In this document: piece after piece, positions 1 through 9,902 of the stretch | Layout: the number at the start of each line of letters is the position of its first letter | Position numbering within the stretch: position 1 is the first letter of the stretch | From: Limisphaerales bacterium | Lineage (GTDB): Bacteria; Verrucomicrobiota; Verrucomicrobiia; Limisphaerales; DSYF01 | Reading direction: 5' to 3' | Assembly (NCBI GenBank): GCA_046290825.1 | Contig: JBKBTZ010000005.1 | Coordinates: 6,873-70,872 of the forward strand | Length of the DNA stretch: 64,000 nt | Made by a program: the position numbers and the translations under genes | Notes under the pieces: model-generated | What the model was told of the DNA's origin: nothing | Database searches by the model: none | What the model saw: only the letters and a program-made list of their open reading frames with translations

Positions 1-3000
1 GGGAGGTCAGGTAGCCGCGATTTTCACGCACCTGGGTGACGTGCAGGGTGAATCCTCCGCGCATGGCCTCGGTGACGGCCAGTTGGATTTGCTGCTGCGT
101 GCGTCCGTGCGTGGTCCAGAACCGCTGGAGGATGCGATTCTGGTGCTCGACCTCGATGAACGCGCGGCCGGTTTCGTAACCCGTGCCCCACAGCGCCAGG
201 AACTCGTCCCCCGGCTGCACCTCCCAGCGCGGCGCGGCGACGAGGTGCGGCATTTTGATCGCCAGCCGGGGTGCGTCAGGTGCCAGCACGGTCAGCGGCA
301 GCCGGCCCGTGACGGGCTGGCCGAAGCGGTCGCGCGTTTCAAGCACAGCGCGATAGGCCCCGGCAGGCAGGGTAAAGGCCAGCGTGGCGGCACCGTTGGT
401 GTCGGTGGTAAAACCGCGCTCGACGATGACCTCGCCCAAGGGCCACTTCGCGGGATCCGATAGATCAGTCGGACGAGCCGGATCCGCTGGATCGCTTGGC
501 TCCTGCCACTCTTCCTCCGTCAGCGGCGCACGCTGCACTTTAGCCGGGGCTTGCAGCGCATATACCTTCACGCTGCCCTCGGCCAACTGCGGTTCGCCGT
601 CGAGCGTGGTGGTGTTGACCTTTAACTCCACCGGCCGGCCAACCACCTGCCATTCAGCGGCGGAAACCTTCGCTTCGAGCGCCGCGTAGCCGATGCGGAC
701 GCTGCGTTGATCCGAGCGGGTCTCACCTGCCGTGTCCGTCACATCGGCGGTGATGGAATAAACAAACGTCGGCTCGTTGGTCCGCGAAATGGTGCGATCG
801 GGCCGCGCGACAAACTCGATGGTGAACGAGCCATCCACCCCCGTCCGGGCCGTGCCGTGGGCCATCTGTTGCGCCGAGCCGGACGGCCATCCGCCGCGCC
901 ACCAGCCCCACCACCACGGCCAGCGGACCTCGCGGGTGACGCGCCATTTGACGGTGGCCCCGTCCACGGCGGCTCCCGTGTAACTCGTGGCCCGACCGGT
1001 CAGCACCACCTTCTCGTCCAGCTTGGGCGCGACTTTGGGCGCGTCGAGCGTGACCTCGAACTTGGGCCGCTTGTATTCCTCAACGCGGAAATGCGCCCGA
1101 CCGTCGGCCCGGCCCTGCGCCTCGATCCACATCTGCCCGGTCAACCGGTCGCGCGGCGCGATGAAGCTGCCGGCAAAGGAGCCATAATCGTTGGCGCGAT
1201 GCTGGGCGCGGGCGATTTCCTTGCCGTTGCCGTCGCGGAAGATGACTTCAATCGGTTCGCCGGCCAGCGTGCGGTAGTTGTCATTGCCGTGATTCCATTC
1301 GAGGCAGATGCCCTTGTATTGAATCGTCTGGCCGGGACGATAGAGCGCGCGGTCGGTGAAAAACACAGTTTGCTGGCGGGGCCCGATGTCGCGCTCTGCC
1401 GAGGTGAAATTCCACAAGTCTTCTGCCGAGGCCAGTTCGCGGCCCTGATGGCGGACGCGGAAAAGGTAGGTGCGCTGCTTGACGGGTTTGAGGCTGAAGA
1501 AGCCGTTGGTGTCAGTGGCAAGTGGCGGCGCGGCAACCCGGCGGCCATTCGTATCGAGATACCAAGCCTGCACCTCCGCGCCCGGCAGCGGCTCGCCGGA
1601 ATCGGCCTCGAGCACGAAACCCTCGGTCAGCCCGGCGCGCGGACGCAGCACGAGCGCGAGGTCGCTGACCCAGACGGTGGTCACGAAAACAATGTTGTCC
1701 TGGCCGCCAAACTGCGGATCGGCACTGGCGAAAAGGAAGTAAAACCCCGGCTTGATCTGGTCCGGCGCGCTCGTGGTGTGGGCGCGCTCCTTGAAATCCG
1801 GCGTGGCGGGCAGCGTCACGGTCCATTCCCGCGTGGCGGGCCGGGCCAACAGGGCGCGCTTTTCCTTCTCGTCCAGGTTCTCGGGCCGGGGACGGCGGCG
1901 GTTGAGAAAGGATTCCCAGTCCGCCGCGATGGCGCGGAAATGGACCCGGGTGAGATTGCGATAGTGGATGGTAATTTCCGAGCGGGTGTTCCACACGCGT
2001 TCGGTCGTGAAGCGCAGTTCCCGCGCTTCGATCTCCGCCACCAGCGCGGCGCAATGTTTCGCGCCGGGGGATTGCGGATGGGCATTTTTCCCGGACAACG
2101 CGAGCTTCCGCGCCTCCACCCAGTCGCCCTCGTCCCGGGTCACGCGGGCCAGATGCCAGGCCGCAAGCGCGGCGGTTTCGTGGTCGCCCCACCGGGCGAT
2201 GAAGTTTTGGAGTGCGGCCTTGAAGCGGGTGTTCTTGTCCTCGCCGATGGCCGTGTTCCAGCCCCAGACGAGGCGGGCGAGGTCGGCGTCGCAGAAGGCG
2301 GACGGATCGGCGTCCTTTTCGTGAAAAGCGAGCAGTTCCTGGTAAAGCCGGATGGCGCGCTCCGGCGGGGTTACGGGCGCGGGCCGTTGCCACTGGAGAA
2401 ACTTCGGGGCGTCATCCAGCGCCGGGCTATCCGCCGTGAGTTCAAATTCGTCCTCCGCCTTCGCCCCGGCCTGCTCGCCGCTGGTGTAGAAGGACAAGGC
2501 CTCCTGCGCGAGAAAGTCGTAGAGTGTGGGGCGGTAGCGGTCCGGCAGGGTGCCTTTTTCGAGCAGGCCATCCCACGCGCTGATGGGCGTGGCCTTGAGG
2601 GTTTTCTCGGCGGCGAGCGCCGCTTGGAAATGTTTGTCAATCTCCGCAAACAGGCGCGGCAGGTCCCACGTCGTGAAGTCCTTGCCCGGCGCTTCGGCGG
2701 TCTGGGTGCGCTGCATGAACCGCCAGCGGTTCTGCTGGAAATAGCTCCAATACCAGTGCGCCAGCAGCGTTTGGAGGACGGGTTTCATTTCGTCCGGCGC
2801 CTGCGCGATTTCTGCTTCGAGGCGCACGACGTTTTCCTCGGCTTGGTTGCCCTCGAGGGCGCCTTCGAGGGCGATTTTCTGGCCGATGGCCCGGGTGGCC
2901 TCGGGCCAGGCCTTTTCGGCCAGCGCGGCGGCAATGATGGGTTGGAGATTCGTGATGGCTGTCTGGGGCAGCCCCTTGTTGATGGCCTCACGCACGGCCC

Positions 3001-3091
3001 TCCATTCGGCTTCGCGCGGGGCGGCGGAAAGGTGGGGGGACATGGCGGTGATGACAAAAGCGACCGCGAACAACCGGGAGATTCGCTTCAT
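1..3091 (-). CDS. Alpha-2-macroglobulin family protein (MG2 domain), 3' end runs off the window
   Basis: Absent from ORF track (no stop in window). Manual translation: signal peptide MKRISRLFAVAFVITAMSPHLSA, MG2 signature FFTDRALYRPGQ near 1330-1370, VEEYKRPKFEV near 1055-1084, all in one frame. Alternative ATG at 3103. Confidence 0.9.
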   Translation of the reverse strand, partial: MKRISRLFAVAFVITAMSPHLSAAPREAEWRAVREAINKGLPQTAITNLQPIIAAALAEKAWPEATRAIGQKIALEGALEGNQAEENVVRLEAEIAQAPDEMKPVLQTLLAHWYWSYFQQNRWRFMQRTQTAEAPGKDFTTWDLPRLFAEIDKHFQAALAAEKTLKATPISAWDGLLEKGTLPDRYRPTLYDFLAQEALSFYTSGEQAGAKAEDEFELTADSPALDDAPKFLQWQRPAPVTPPERAIRLYQELLAFHEKDADPSAFCDADLARLVWGWNTAIGEDKNTRFKAALQNFIARWGDHETAALAAWHLARVTRDEGDWVEARKLALSGKNAHPQSPGAKHCAALVAEIEARELRFTTERVWNTRSEITIHYRNLTRVHFRAIAADWESFLNRRRPRPENLDEKEKRALLARPATREWTVTLPATPDFKERAHTTSAPDQIKPGFYFLFASADPQFGGQDNIVFVTTVWVSDLALVLRPRAGLTEGFVLEADSGEPLPGAEVQAWYLDTNGRRVAAPPLATDTNGFFSLKPVKQRTYLFRVRHQGRELASAEDLWNFTSAERDIGPRQQTVFFTDRALYRPGQTIQYKGICLEWNHGNDNYRTLAGEPIEVIFRDGNGKEIARAQHRANDYGSFAGSFIAPRDRLTGQMWIEAQGRADGRAHFRVEEYKRPKFEVTLDAPKVAPKLDEKVVLTGRATSYTGAAVDGATVKWRVTREVRWPWWWGWWRGGWPSGSAQQMAHGTARTGVDGSFTIEFVARPDRTISRTNEPTFVYSITADVTDTAGETRSDQRSVRIGYAALEAKVSAAEWQVVGRPVELKVNTTTLDGEPQLAEGSVKVYALQAPAKVQRAPLTEEEWQEPSDPADPARPTDLSDPAKWPLGEVIVERGFTTDTNGAATLAFTLPAGAYRAVLETRDRFGQPVTGRLPLTVLAPDAPRLAIKMPHLVAAPRWEVQPGDEFLALWGTGYETGRAFIEVEHQNRILQRFWTTHGRTQQQIQLAVTEAMRGGFTLHVTQVRENRGYLTS

Positions 3092-3260
3092 GGTGTCGAG
3101 CATAGATGGTTGGACGGGGAAGCCAATCAAATGCTCCCGGCTCGAGCCGCGAAGGGATGACCCTGTGAACAACTTTCGGAGCGGTAGATCAGCATTTTGC
3201 TCGCGAACGAAAGGGCCAGCTCGCAAATTCCCCGCGAACAAACAAAACCATCAGATCACC

Positions 3261-3911
3261 ATGCCCGCTGAAGAACGAGTCCTCTGTTTTGAGCGAATCT
3301 TGCTGGAACAACTGGGGGTGTTTCAGGGCCTGAGCCTTGAGGTGGAGCGTTACCTCCCCGTGATCACGGCCAGCCAGAACCTGTGCTATTTGAACCGCAG
3401 CGCGGCGGAGCAGGACCGGCGTTACAAGCAGTTGATCCCTTATGTGCTCATTTTTTGCCGGGACCGGATTCTGCGTTACCGGCGTGGCAAAGGCGGCCAG
3501 GAAACCCGCCTCCACGGGTTATATTCCGTCGGCATCGGCGGGCATATTGCCGAGGAAGATCACGGGCTGTTCACCACCGACCGGGGCTACCAGGAGGGCA
3601 TGCGTCGCGAATTGATGGAGGAGGTGGCGATCGCCCCGGATCAGGACGCGGCGGTGGCGCTGATCAATGATGACAGCACGGAAGTGGGTTATGTGCATTT
3701 CGGCGTGGTGCATGTGGCGCAGGTGCCCGATGAATCCATCGTGGGCCGGCGCAGCGGCATCCTGGCCCCGGAATTCGTGCCGCTAGACCAGGCCCGCCGG
3801 GAAGCGGCCGGTTGCGAATCGTGGTCACGGTTCTGTTTGGAGCGGGTGGATGTTCTTCTTGCCCGGGCCGCCGCGCTGGGCGTTCGCCCGCTGGAAACAG
3901 CGCTGGCTTGA
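3261..3911 (+). CDS. NUDIX-family phosphoesterase
   Basis: MPAEERVLCF..., YKQLIPY, SVGIGGHI and Nudix-like GMRRELMEEV. Confidence 0.85.
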   Translation: MPAEERVLCFERILLEQLGVFQGLSLEVERYLPVITASQNLCYLNRSAAEQDRRYKQLIPYVLIFCRDRILRYRRGKGGQETRLHGLYSVGIGGHIAEEDHGLFTTDRGYQEGMRRELMEEVAIAPDQDAAVALINDDSTEVGYVHFGVVHVAQVPDESIVGRRSGILAPEFVPLDQARREAAGCESWSRFCLERVDVLLARAAALGVRPLETALA

Positions 3912-3924
3912 TTGGCCGCCCGCG

Positions 3925-4248
3925 ATGGAAACATTCGCCGCATTTCAAGCCTTGGCAGCGCAAACGCCTGTTTCTCTGCGCAATAACCGCGACCGTTTGC
4001 TGCTGCCCGTCACCGGACTCCAACAGGAGGCCGGTAAAGTGGGTGCGCTGCTTGGCGGAGTCCTTGAGGCGGGCGGGGTGCCCCTGTCGGCAGCGCAACA
4101 AGACGAATTCCGGGATCGGATGGCGGACCTGCTGTGGTGCATGGCCCGACTTTGTGAAGAAACCGGCGTTTCCCTGGCAAGTATTGCCGAACACTGCGCT
4201 CACCAACTGCAGGCGCGCGCCAATACTTTGAATCCGGATCAGCGGTGA
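3925..4248 (+). CDS. MazG-like NTP pyrophosphohydrolase family protein (degenerate motif)
   Basis: GLQQEAGKV...DRMADLLWCMARLCEETGVSLASIA matches the MazG-like helical pattern. Confidence 0.7.
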   Translation: METFAAFQALAAQTPVSLRNNRDRLLLPVTGLQQEAGKVGALLGGVLEAGGVPLSAAQQDEFRDRMADLLWCMARLCEETGVSLASIAEHCAHQLQARANTLNPDQR

Positions 4249-4303
4249 GCGGCGTCCCGACTGAAGGGCCGGTTTCTCACCACTGTCTGCGCGCCCACCT
4301 TGC

Positions 4304-4465
4304 TTGAAACCGCCTCCTGTTAGCCGCCGCGCGATGCTGGCCTCCCTCCGGAGGGAAAACGAACGGGCGCTCGTCGAGTTGGTCCGCCGCCGCCTGGCTC
4401 TGCCCGTCGGACAGCGATTGAATTTCTTGCGTGTGCGCCTCCCCGGCGGCGGGTCGCATTTGTAG
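4304..4465 (+). CDS. Small hypothetical protein or gene remnant (43-53 aa)
   Basis: Manual translation (L)KPPPVSRRAMLASLRRENERALVELVRRRLALPVGQRLNFLRVRLPGGGSHL*; fills the gap in the same orientation as neighbours. Confidence 0.35.
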   Translation: MKPPPVSRRAMLASLRRENERALVELVRRRLALPVGQRLNFLRVRLPGGGSHL

Positions 4466-4486
4466 GCAGCGCAAAGAATTCCACAC

Positions 4487-4517
4487 TCGACATCGCGGGC
4501 GGCGGGCGGCTTACTTT
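4487..4517 (+). promoter_or_regulatory. Candidate sigma70-like promoter for the carB C-terminal half
   Basis: TCGACA-N19-TACTTT, 18 bp upstream of the ATG at 4536. Confidence 0.35.
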
Positions 4518-4535
4518 GCCCGCTTTTTACGCGCC

Positions 4536-6323
4536 ATGCCGCTGACGCCTGAACTCCTCGCCCGTGCCAAGTCCCTCGGTTTTTCCGACCGGCAAATCGC
4601 CCATTTGACCGGCACCACCGAAGACGCCATCCGCGCCGAGCGCAAACGCCTTGGTCTGCTGCCCAGCTACCGCCTGGTGGACACCTGCGCGGCCGAGTTC
4701 GAGGCCTACACACCCTACTACTACTCGACCTACGACCGCGGCGATGACGAGGTCAAGAAGACCGACAAAAAGAAGGTGATGATCCTCGGCGGCGGCCCAA
4801 ACCGCATCGGGCAGGGCATCGAGTTCGATTACTGCTGCGTCCACGCCGCGTTCGCGCTCAAGGAGGACGGCTTCGAGACCATCATGGTGAACTCGAACCC
4901 CGAGACGGTCTCGACGGATTACGACACCAGCGACCAGCTTTTCTTCGAACCGCTGACGCTCGAGGACGTGCTGCACATCTACGAGCGGGAAAAATGCTGG
5001 GGGGCCATCGCCCAGTTCGGCGGTCAGACGCCGCTCAATCTCGCGCTTGGCCTGCAAAAGAACGGCGTCAACATCATCGGCACCTCGCCGCAGAGCATTG
5101 AGATCGCCGAGGACCGCGAGCTGTTCGCCGCCATGCTGCGGAAGCTGGACATCCCGCAGCCGCCCAACGGCCTCGCCACCAACGAGGCCGAGGCGCTCAC
5201 CGCCGCGCAACGGCTGGGCTATCCGGTGCTGGTGCGCCCCAGCTTCGTGCTGGGGGGGCGCGCCATGCAGATCGTGTATTCCGACACGGAGTTGCAGCAT
5301 TACATGCGCTTCGCCGTCGAGGCCTCGCCCGAACGCCCCGTGCTGGTGGACAAATTCCTCGAGGATGCGACCGAGGTGGACGTGGATTGCATCGCCGACG
5401 TGGGGCTGCCGAACGGCGGCACGATTGTCGTCGGGGGGATGCTGGAGCACGTCGAATTTGCCGGGGTGCATTCCGGCGACGCCGCCATGGTGCTGCCGCC
5501 GCACACGTTGTCGCCGAAAGTCATCGCCACCATCCGCGACTACACCCACGCGATGGCGCGGGAACTCAAGGTGGCCGGCCTGATGAACGTGCAATACGCC
5601 GTCAAGGGCGAGACGGTGTATGTGCTCGAGGTGAACCCCCGCGCCTCGCGCACCGTGCCGTTCGTCAGCAAGGCCATCGGCGTGCCGCTGGCCAAACTGG
5701 CCGCCCGCGTCATGGCAGGCAAAACGCTCAAGGAACTCGGGTTCACCGCGGAAATCTGGCCGAAATATTGGGCCGTGAAGGAATCGGTGTTCCCGTTCAA
5801 CCGCTTTCACGGGCAGGACATCCTGCTCTCGCCGGAAATGCGCTCGACCGGCGAGGTCATGGGCCTGGATGCCGACCTCGGCGTGGCCTACGCGAAATCC
5901 CAGATGGCGGCGGGCGACCCGCTGCCGTTGAGCGGGCGGGTGTTCATCAGCGTGAGCCGCGAGCACAAGGCGCAGGCCGTCGAAGTGGCGCGATTGTTTG
6001 TGGACCTCGGGTTCGAACTGGTGGCCACGAGCGGCACGGCGGACGCGCTCGAGGCGGCGGGCCTCAAGGTGCAGCGCATTTTCAAGCTTCAGGAAGGCCG
6101 CCCCAACGCGGTGGACCTGCTCAAGAACCGCGAGATTCAACTGGTCATCAACACCCCCTCCGGCGCCACGCCGCGCGCGGACGAGGTGAAAATCCGCACC
6201 ACGGCGGTTTACACTGACACGCCAATCATGACGACGTTGAGCGGGGCGAAGGCCGCCGCGCTCGGCATCGCCGCGCTGCGCAAGAACGGCTACGCGGTGA
6301 AGACGGTGCAGGAGTATCACTGA
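4536..6323 (+). CDS. carB: Carbamoyl-phosphate synthase large subunit, C-terminal half (split carB)
   Basis: AKSLGFSDRQIA, VDTCAAEFEA, GPNRIGQGIEFDYCCVH, HSGD, EVNPRASRTVPFVSKA, C-terminal MGS domain; only ~595 aa. Confidence 0.93.
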   Translation: MPLTPELLARAKSLGFSDRQIAHLTGTTEDAIRAERKRLGLLPSYRLVDTCAAEFEAYTPYYYSTYDRGDDEVKKTDKKKVMILGGGPNRIGQGIEFDYCCVHAAFALKEDGFETIMVNSNPETVSTDYDTSDQLFFEPLTLEDVLHIYEREKCWGAIAQFGGQTPLNLALGLQKNGVNIIGTSPQSIEIAEDRELFAAMLRKLDIPQPPNGLATNEAEALTAAQRLGYPVLVRPSFVLGGRAMQIVYSDTELQHYMRFAVEASPERPVLVDKFLEDATEVDVDCIADVGLPNGGTIVVGGMLEHVEFAGVHSGDAAMVLPPHTLSPKVIATIRDYTHAMARELKVAGLMNVQYAVKGETVYVLEVNPRASRTVPFVSKAIGVPLAKLAARVMAGKTLKELGFTAEIWPKYWAVKESVFPFNRFHGQDILLSPEMRSTGEVMGLDADLGVAYAKSQMAAGDPLPLSGRVFISVSREHKAQAVEVARLFVDLGFELVATSGTADALEAAGLKVQRIFKLQEGRPNAVDLLKNREIQLVINTPSGATPRADEVKIRTTAVYTDTPIMTTLSGAKAAALGIAALRKNGYAVKTVQEYH

Positions 6324-6376
6324 GGCGGGGGATGGCACCAGTTGACCGGCACCGGATGCCCACATAGGATTGCCCC

Positions 6377-6583
6377 ATGGAAATTGTTTTCAGTGTGACG
6401 CAGGAAGCCGATGGGGGATACGTGGCGGAATGCCTGTCACACGACATTTTCACGCAGGGCGACACCTGGGCGGCGTTGCGCACCAACGTGCAGGAAGCGG
6501 TGTCCGCCTACTTTTTCGATCAACCCAAGCCCGCCACGGTGCGCCTGCATTTGGTGCGGGATGAAGTCTTGACGCCCGCATGA
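6377..6583 (+). CDS. hicB: HicB-like antitoxin (short form)
   Basis: EADGGYVAEC...IFTQGDTWAALRTNVQEAV; overlaps hicA start (ATGA). Confidence 0.85.
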   Translation: MEIVFSVTQEADGGYVAECLSHDIFTQGDTWAALRTNVQEAVSAYFFDQPKPATVRLHLVRDEVLTPA

Positions 6584-6819
6584 AGCTGCCGCGCGATCTG
6601 GGCGGCGCGGAACTGGTGAAGCATTTGTGCCGGAACCACGGCTACACGGTGGTTCATCAGGAAGGAAGCCACATCGTTCTCGAAACCAAGGCGCCGTGCC
6701 CACATCGCTTGGCCGTGCCCAATCACTCGCCCGTTCGGGTGGGCACGCTCAATTCCATTCTGCGGGCGGTGGCAGCAGCAAAGAGAATTGATAAAGCGGA
6801 TGTTCTGCGCGGTTATTAA
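6580..6819 (+). CDS. hicA: HicA family toxin
   Basis: MKLPRDL, GY...QEGSHIVL, VPNH, GTLNSIL. Confidence 0.9.
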   Translation: MKLPRDLGGAELVKHLCRNHGYTVVHQEGSHIVLETKAPCPHRLAVPNHSPVRVGTLNSILRAVAAAKRIDKADVLRGY

Positions 6820-7300
6820 ATCAATTGGACGCGGTAGTTGCACTGGCACGGAGCTTGTCCCGTCAATTCGGCTCGCCAAGCAAATGCTACAACTCGACAA
6901 CAATCATGGGAAATTTCGACGAGGACCATGTTCTTGCATTCTCGTATGGCAAGCTGAACTGGCGCACTTGTTGTGGCAATGGCGGTATTGGCTCCATTAC
7001 GCGAGGCGGGACGGTCGGTGGGGGTGGCAATACCCATTGGGAGCCAACGCCGCGAGGACCAAACGTATCTTACCTCATCCGAGTTTTGGTCGCTTACCTG
7101 CTTGGTTGCCACCCGCTCCAAAGGTGTGTGGGCTCTCAAAGCGGCGACTGGCTCCGCCAAACCTTTTGATGCGGATTGGTGACAGCGGGCAACCCTGACG
7201 AGAAATTCTTGGTGGGTTCGCTCAAGGAGCCGCCTTGATTCGAAATCGTTTCCAAATGCCTGATTAACCACCCGCTCTCGCCGCCAAGGCTCCCCACCCG

Positions 7301-9472
7301 ATGAGTTCCGCCCCGCCGCTGTTGCCGCTGCTGAAGCAATACTTCGGCTTCAGTTCGTTCCGGCTTTATCAGGAGGAGATCATCCGGGATGCGCTGGCGG
7401 GACGCGACGTGTTCGCCGTGCTCCCGACGGGCGGCGGCAAGTCGCTCTGCTTCCAGCTTCCGGCCCTCGCGCGGGAAGGATTGACGGTGGTCATCTCGCC
7501 GCTGATTGCCCTGATGAAAGACCAGGTGGACGCGCTGCACGCAGCCGGCGCGCCAGCCACATTTCTGAATTCTTCGTTGAACCAGACCGAGAGGCGCGAG
7601 CGTTACCGGCGGCTGCACAATGGCGAGTTCCGCCTGCTCTACCTCGCGCCCGAACGGCTCATGCTCGACGGCACGCTCGACGCGCTGCGGCGCTGGAATG
7701 TGCGGCTCATCGCCGTGGACGAGGCGCACTGCATCAGCGAATGGGGCCACGACTTCCGCCCCGAATACCGGCAGATCGCGCAACTGCGCCCGCTGTTTCC
7801 CGACGTGCCGATCATGGCGCTGACGGCAACGGCGACGGAGCGGGTGCGCGCGGACATTCTCCAGCAGCTCCGCCTGCGCGAGCCGCGCGTCTATGTGGCG
7901 AGTTTCAACCGGCCCAACCTCACCTACCGCGTCGCACCCAAGGCGAAGGGCTACGAACAGTTGCTGGCGTTTGTCCGCAACCGGCCGCGCGAGGCGGGCA
8001 TCGTGTATTGCGCCTCGCGGGCCGGCGCGGAAAAGCTGGCGGAGCGGTTGAACCGCGACGGCGTGAAGGCGCGCGCCTACCACGCCGGGTTGACGGCGGC
8101 GGAGCGGAGCGGCAACCAGGAACTTTTCCTGCGCGACGAGGTGCGGGTCATTTGCGCGACCATCGCGTTCGGCATGGGCATCAACAAGCCGAACGTGCGC
8201 TTCGTGGTCCACTTCGACCTGCCAAAGAACATCGAGAGCTATTACCAGGAAACCGGCCGCGCCGGGCGCGACGGTTTGCCGAGCGAATGCCTGCTGCTCT
8301 TCAACGCGGGCGACGCGGTGAAACAGACGCGGTTTATTGACGAGAAGCCCGACCCGCGCGAGCGGGAAATCGCCCGCGCCCAGTTGCGGCAGATGGTGCA
8401 TTACGCGGAAACGGCGGGTTGCCGGCGGGTGGAGCTGCTCGAGTATTTTGGCGAGCCGTGGAAGGATGGCTGCGGCGGCTGCGACAACTGCCTTTCCCCC
8501 CGCGAGACGTTCGACGGCACGGTGTCGGCGCAAAAATTCCTCTCGTGCGTGTATCGCATCCGCCAGCACAGCGGGTTCAGCGTGGGGCTGAACCACGTCG
8601 TGGAGGTGCTGACCGGCGCGGACACGGAGAAGGTCCGCCAGTGGGGGCACAAACAGCTCACCACCTATGGCATCGGACACGAACACGGCCGGAAGGAATG
8701 GCAGGCGATTGGGCGGGAACTCATGCGGCTCGGGTTCCTCGCGCAAACGAATGACAAGTTCAGCACGGTGGACCTCACCCGCGAAGGGCTGGCCGTCCTC
8801 AAGGAACGGCGGCCCGTCCAGCTCACCCGCCCCCTGCAGACGCCGATGAAGGCCGCGCACCAGGCCGGGGAGATTGCCTGCGACGAAATGCTCTTCGAGC
8901 GGCTGCGCGGCCTCCGCAAACACCTGGCCGACGAACGTGGCGTGCCGCCCTACATCATTTTTTCCGACGTGGCGCTGCGGCAGATGGCGCGGCTGTATCC
9001 CGCGAGCGAGGCTGAGTTTTCCCGGATCAGCGGCGTGGGCGCACAAAAATTGCGGGAGTTCAGCGCCGTCTTTCTCGCGGAGATCGCGGCTTACCTGGCG
9101 ACGAACGCACGCCAGATTTTTGCCGACGATTCGTTCCAGGTGGAACCGCGCCCGAAGCCGGCCGTGACGGACACGGTGGCGGATTCGCTGCGCCGCTTCC
9201 GCGCGGGCGAGACGGTCGTGGAAATTGCGCGGCAGCGTGGGCTGACCACCGGCACCATCCACGGGCATCTGGCCACCGCCATCGAGGCGGGCGAGAAGCT
9301 TCCGCTGCGCGCCCTGCTGAACGAGGAGGACTGGGAGTGCATCACAGAGGTGTTGCGGCCCCACTCGGGGCCATCGCTCACGCCGGTTCACGCCGCGCTG
9401 GAGGGAAGGTATGACTTCGGGTTGTTGCGCGTGGTGCGCGCGGCGTTGCAGCAGGGATGGAAATTCGATTGA
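7301..9472 (+). CDS. recQ: ATP-dependent DNA helicase RecQ (RQC, HRDC, C-terminal HTH)
   Basis: LPTGGGKSLCFQ, VDEAHCISEWGHDFRPEY, QETGRAGRDG, CGGCDNC Zn site, HRDC region VPPYIIFSD. Confidence 0.97.
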   Translation: MSSAPPLLPLLKQYFGFSSFRLYQEEIIRDALAGRDVFAVLPTGGGKSLCFQLPALAREGLTVVISPLIALMKDQVDALHAAGAPATFLNSSLNQTERRERYRRLHNGEFRLLYLAPERLMLDGTLDALRRWNVRLIAVDEAHCISEWGHDFRPEYRQIAQLRPLFPDVPIMALTATATERVRADILQQLRLREPRVYVASFNRPNLTYRVAPKAKGYEQLLAFVRNRPREAGIVYCASRAGAEKLAERLNRDGVKARAYHAGLTAAERSGNQELFLRDEVRVICATIAFGMGINKPNVRFVVHFDLPKNIESYYQETGRAGRDGLPSECLLLFNAGDAVKQTRFIDEKPDPREREIARAQLRQMVHYAETAGCRRVELLEYFGEPWKDGCGGCDNCLSPRETFDGTVSAQKFLSCVYRIRQHSGFSVGLNHVVEVLTGADTEKVRQWGHKQLTTYGIGHEHGRKEWQAIGRELMRLGFLAQTNDKFSTVDLTREGLAVLKERRPVQLTRPLQTPMKAAHQAGEIACDEMLFERLRGLRKHLADERGVPPYIIFSDVALRQMARLYPASEAEFSRISGVGAQKLREFSAVFLAEIAAYLATNARQIFADDSFQVEPRPKPAVTDTVADSLRRFRAGETVVEIARQRGLTTGTIHGHLATAIEAGEKLPLRALLNEEDWECITEVLRPHSGPSLTPVHAALEGRYDFGLLRVVRAALQQGWKFD

Positions 9473-9499
9473 CCGGCTTCGCGAAGCGCCCGGACGGGC

Positions 9500-9533
9500 A
9501 AAGAAAAACGGAGCCGGGCGAACCCGGCTCCGT
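9500..9533 (-). terminator. Intrinsic terminator of the RRM gene
   Basis: Minus strand ACGGAGCCGGG-TTCG-CCCGGCTCCGT followed by TTTTCTTT, between convergent genes. Confidence 0.85.
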
Positions 9534-9560
9534 GTGAAGGAAAATTGGTTTTGCGCTTGC

Positions 9561-9902
9561 TTAGTAACGGTCGCGGCGGCCCTCATCGCGGTATTCGCGG
9601 CGCGGGCCACGGTCACCCCGGTAACCACCACCACCGCCGCCGGGCGGACGTTCCTCGCGCGGACGGGCGATGTTGACGGTCAGGGGACGGCCGTCGAGCT
9701 GGGCGCCGTGCATGGCGTCAATGGCCTTCTGCGCCTCCTCGGGGGTGCTCATGGTGACAAACGCGAAGCCGCGGGGACGGCCGGTGACACGATCCATCAT
9801 GACGTTGGCCTCGAGAACCGTGCCGTGCGCGGCGAAGGCGTCCTGGAGGTCGTTTTCAGTGGTTTTGAAGGAAAGATTTCCTACAAACAACTTGGTGCTC
9901 AT
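9561..9902 (-). CDS. RRM-domain RNA-binding protein with Gly/Arg tail
   Basis: RNP2 LFVGNL, RNP1 [17 protein letters not shown] tail. Confidence 0.95.
   Translation of the reverse strand: MSTKLFVGNLSFKTTENDLQDAFAAHGTVLEANVMMDRVTGRPRGFAFVTMSTPEEAQKAIDAMHGAQLDGRPLTVNIARPREERPPGGGGGGYRGDRGPRREYRDEGRRDRY

Noticed and set aside
707-3160. 817-aa plus-strand ORF
   Set aside because: Antisense shadow of the alpha-2-macroglobulin gene, which carries the real motifs on the minus strand.
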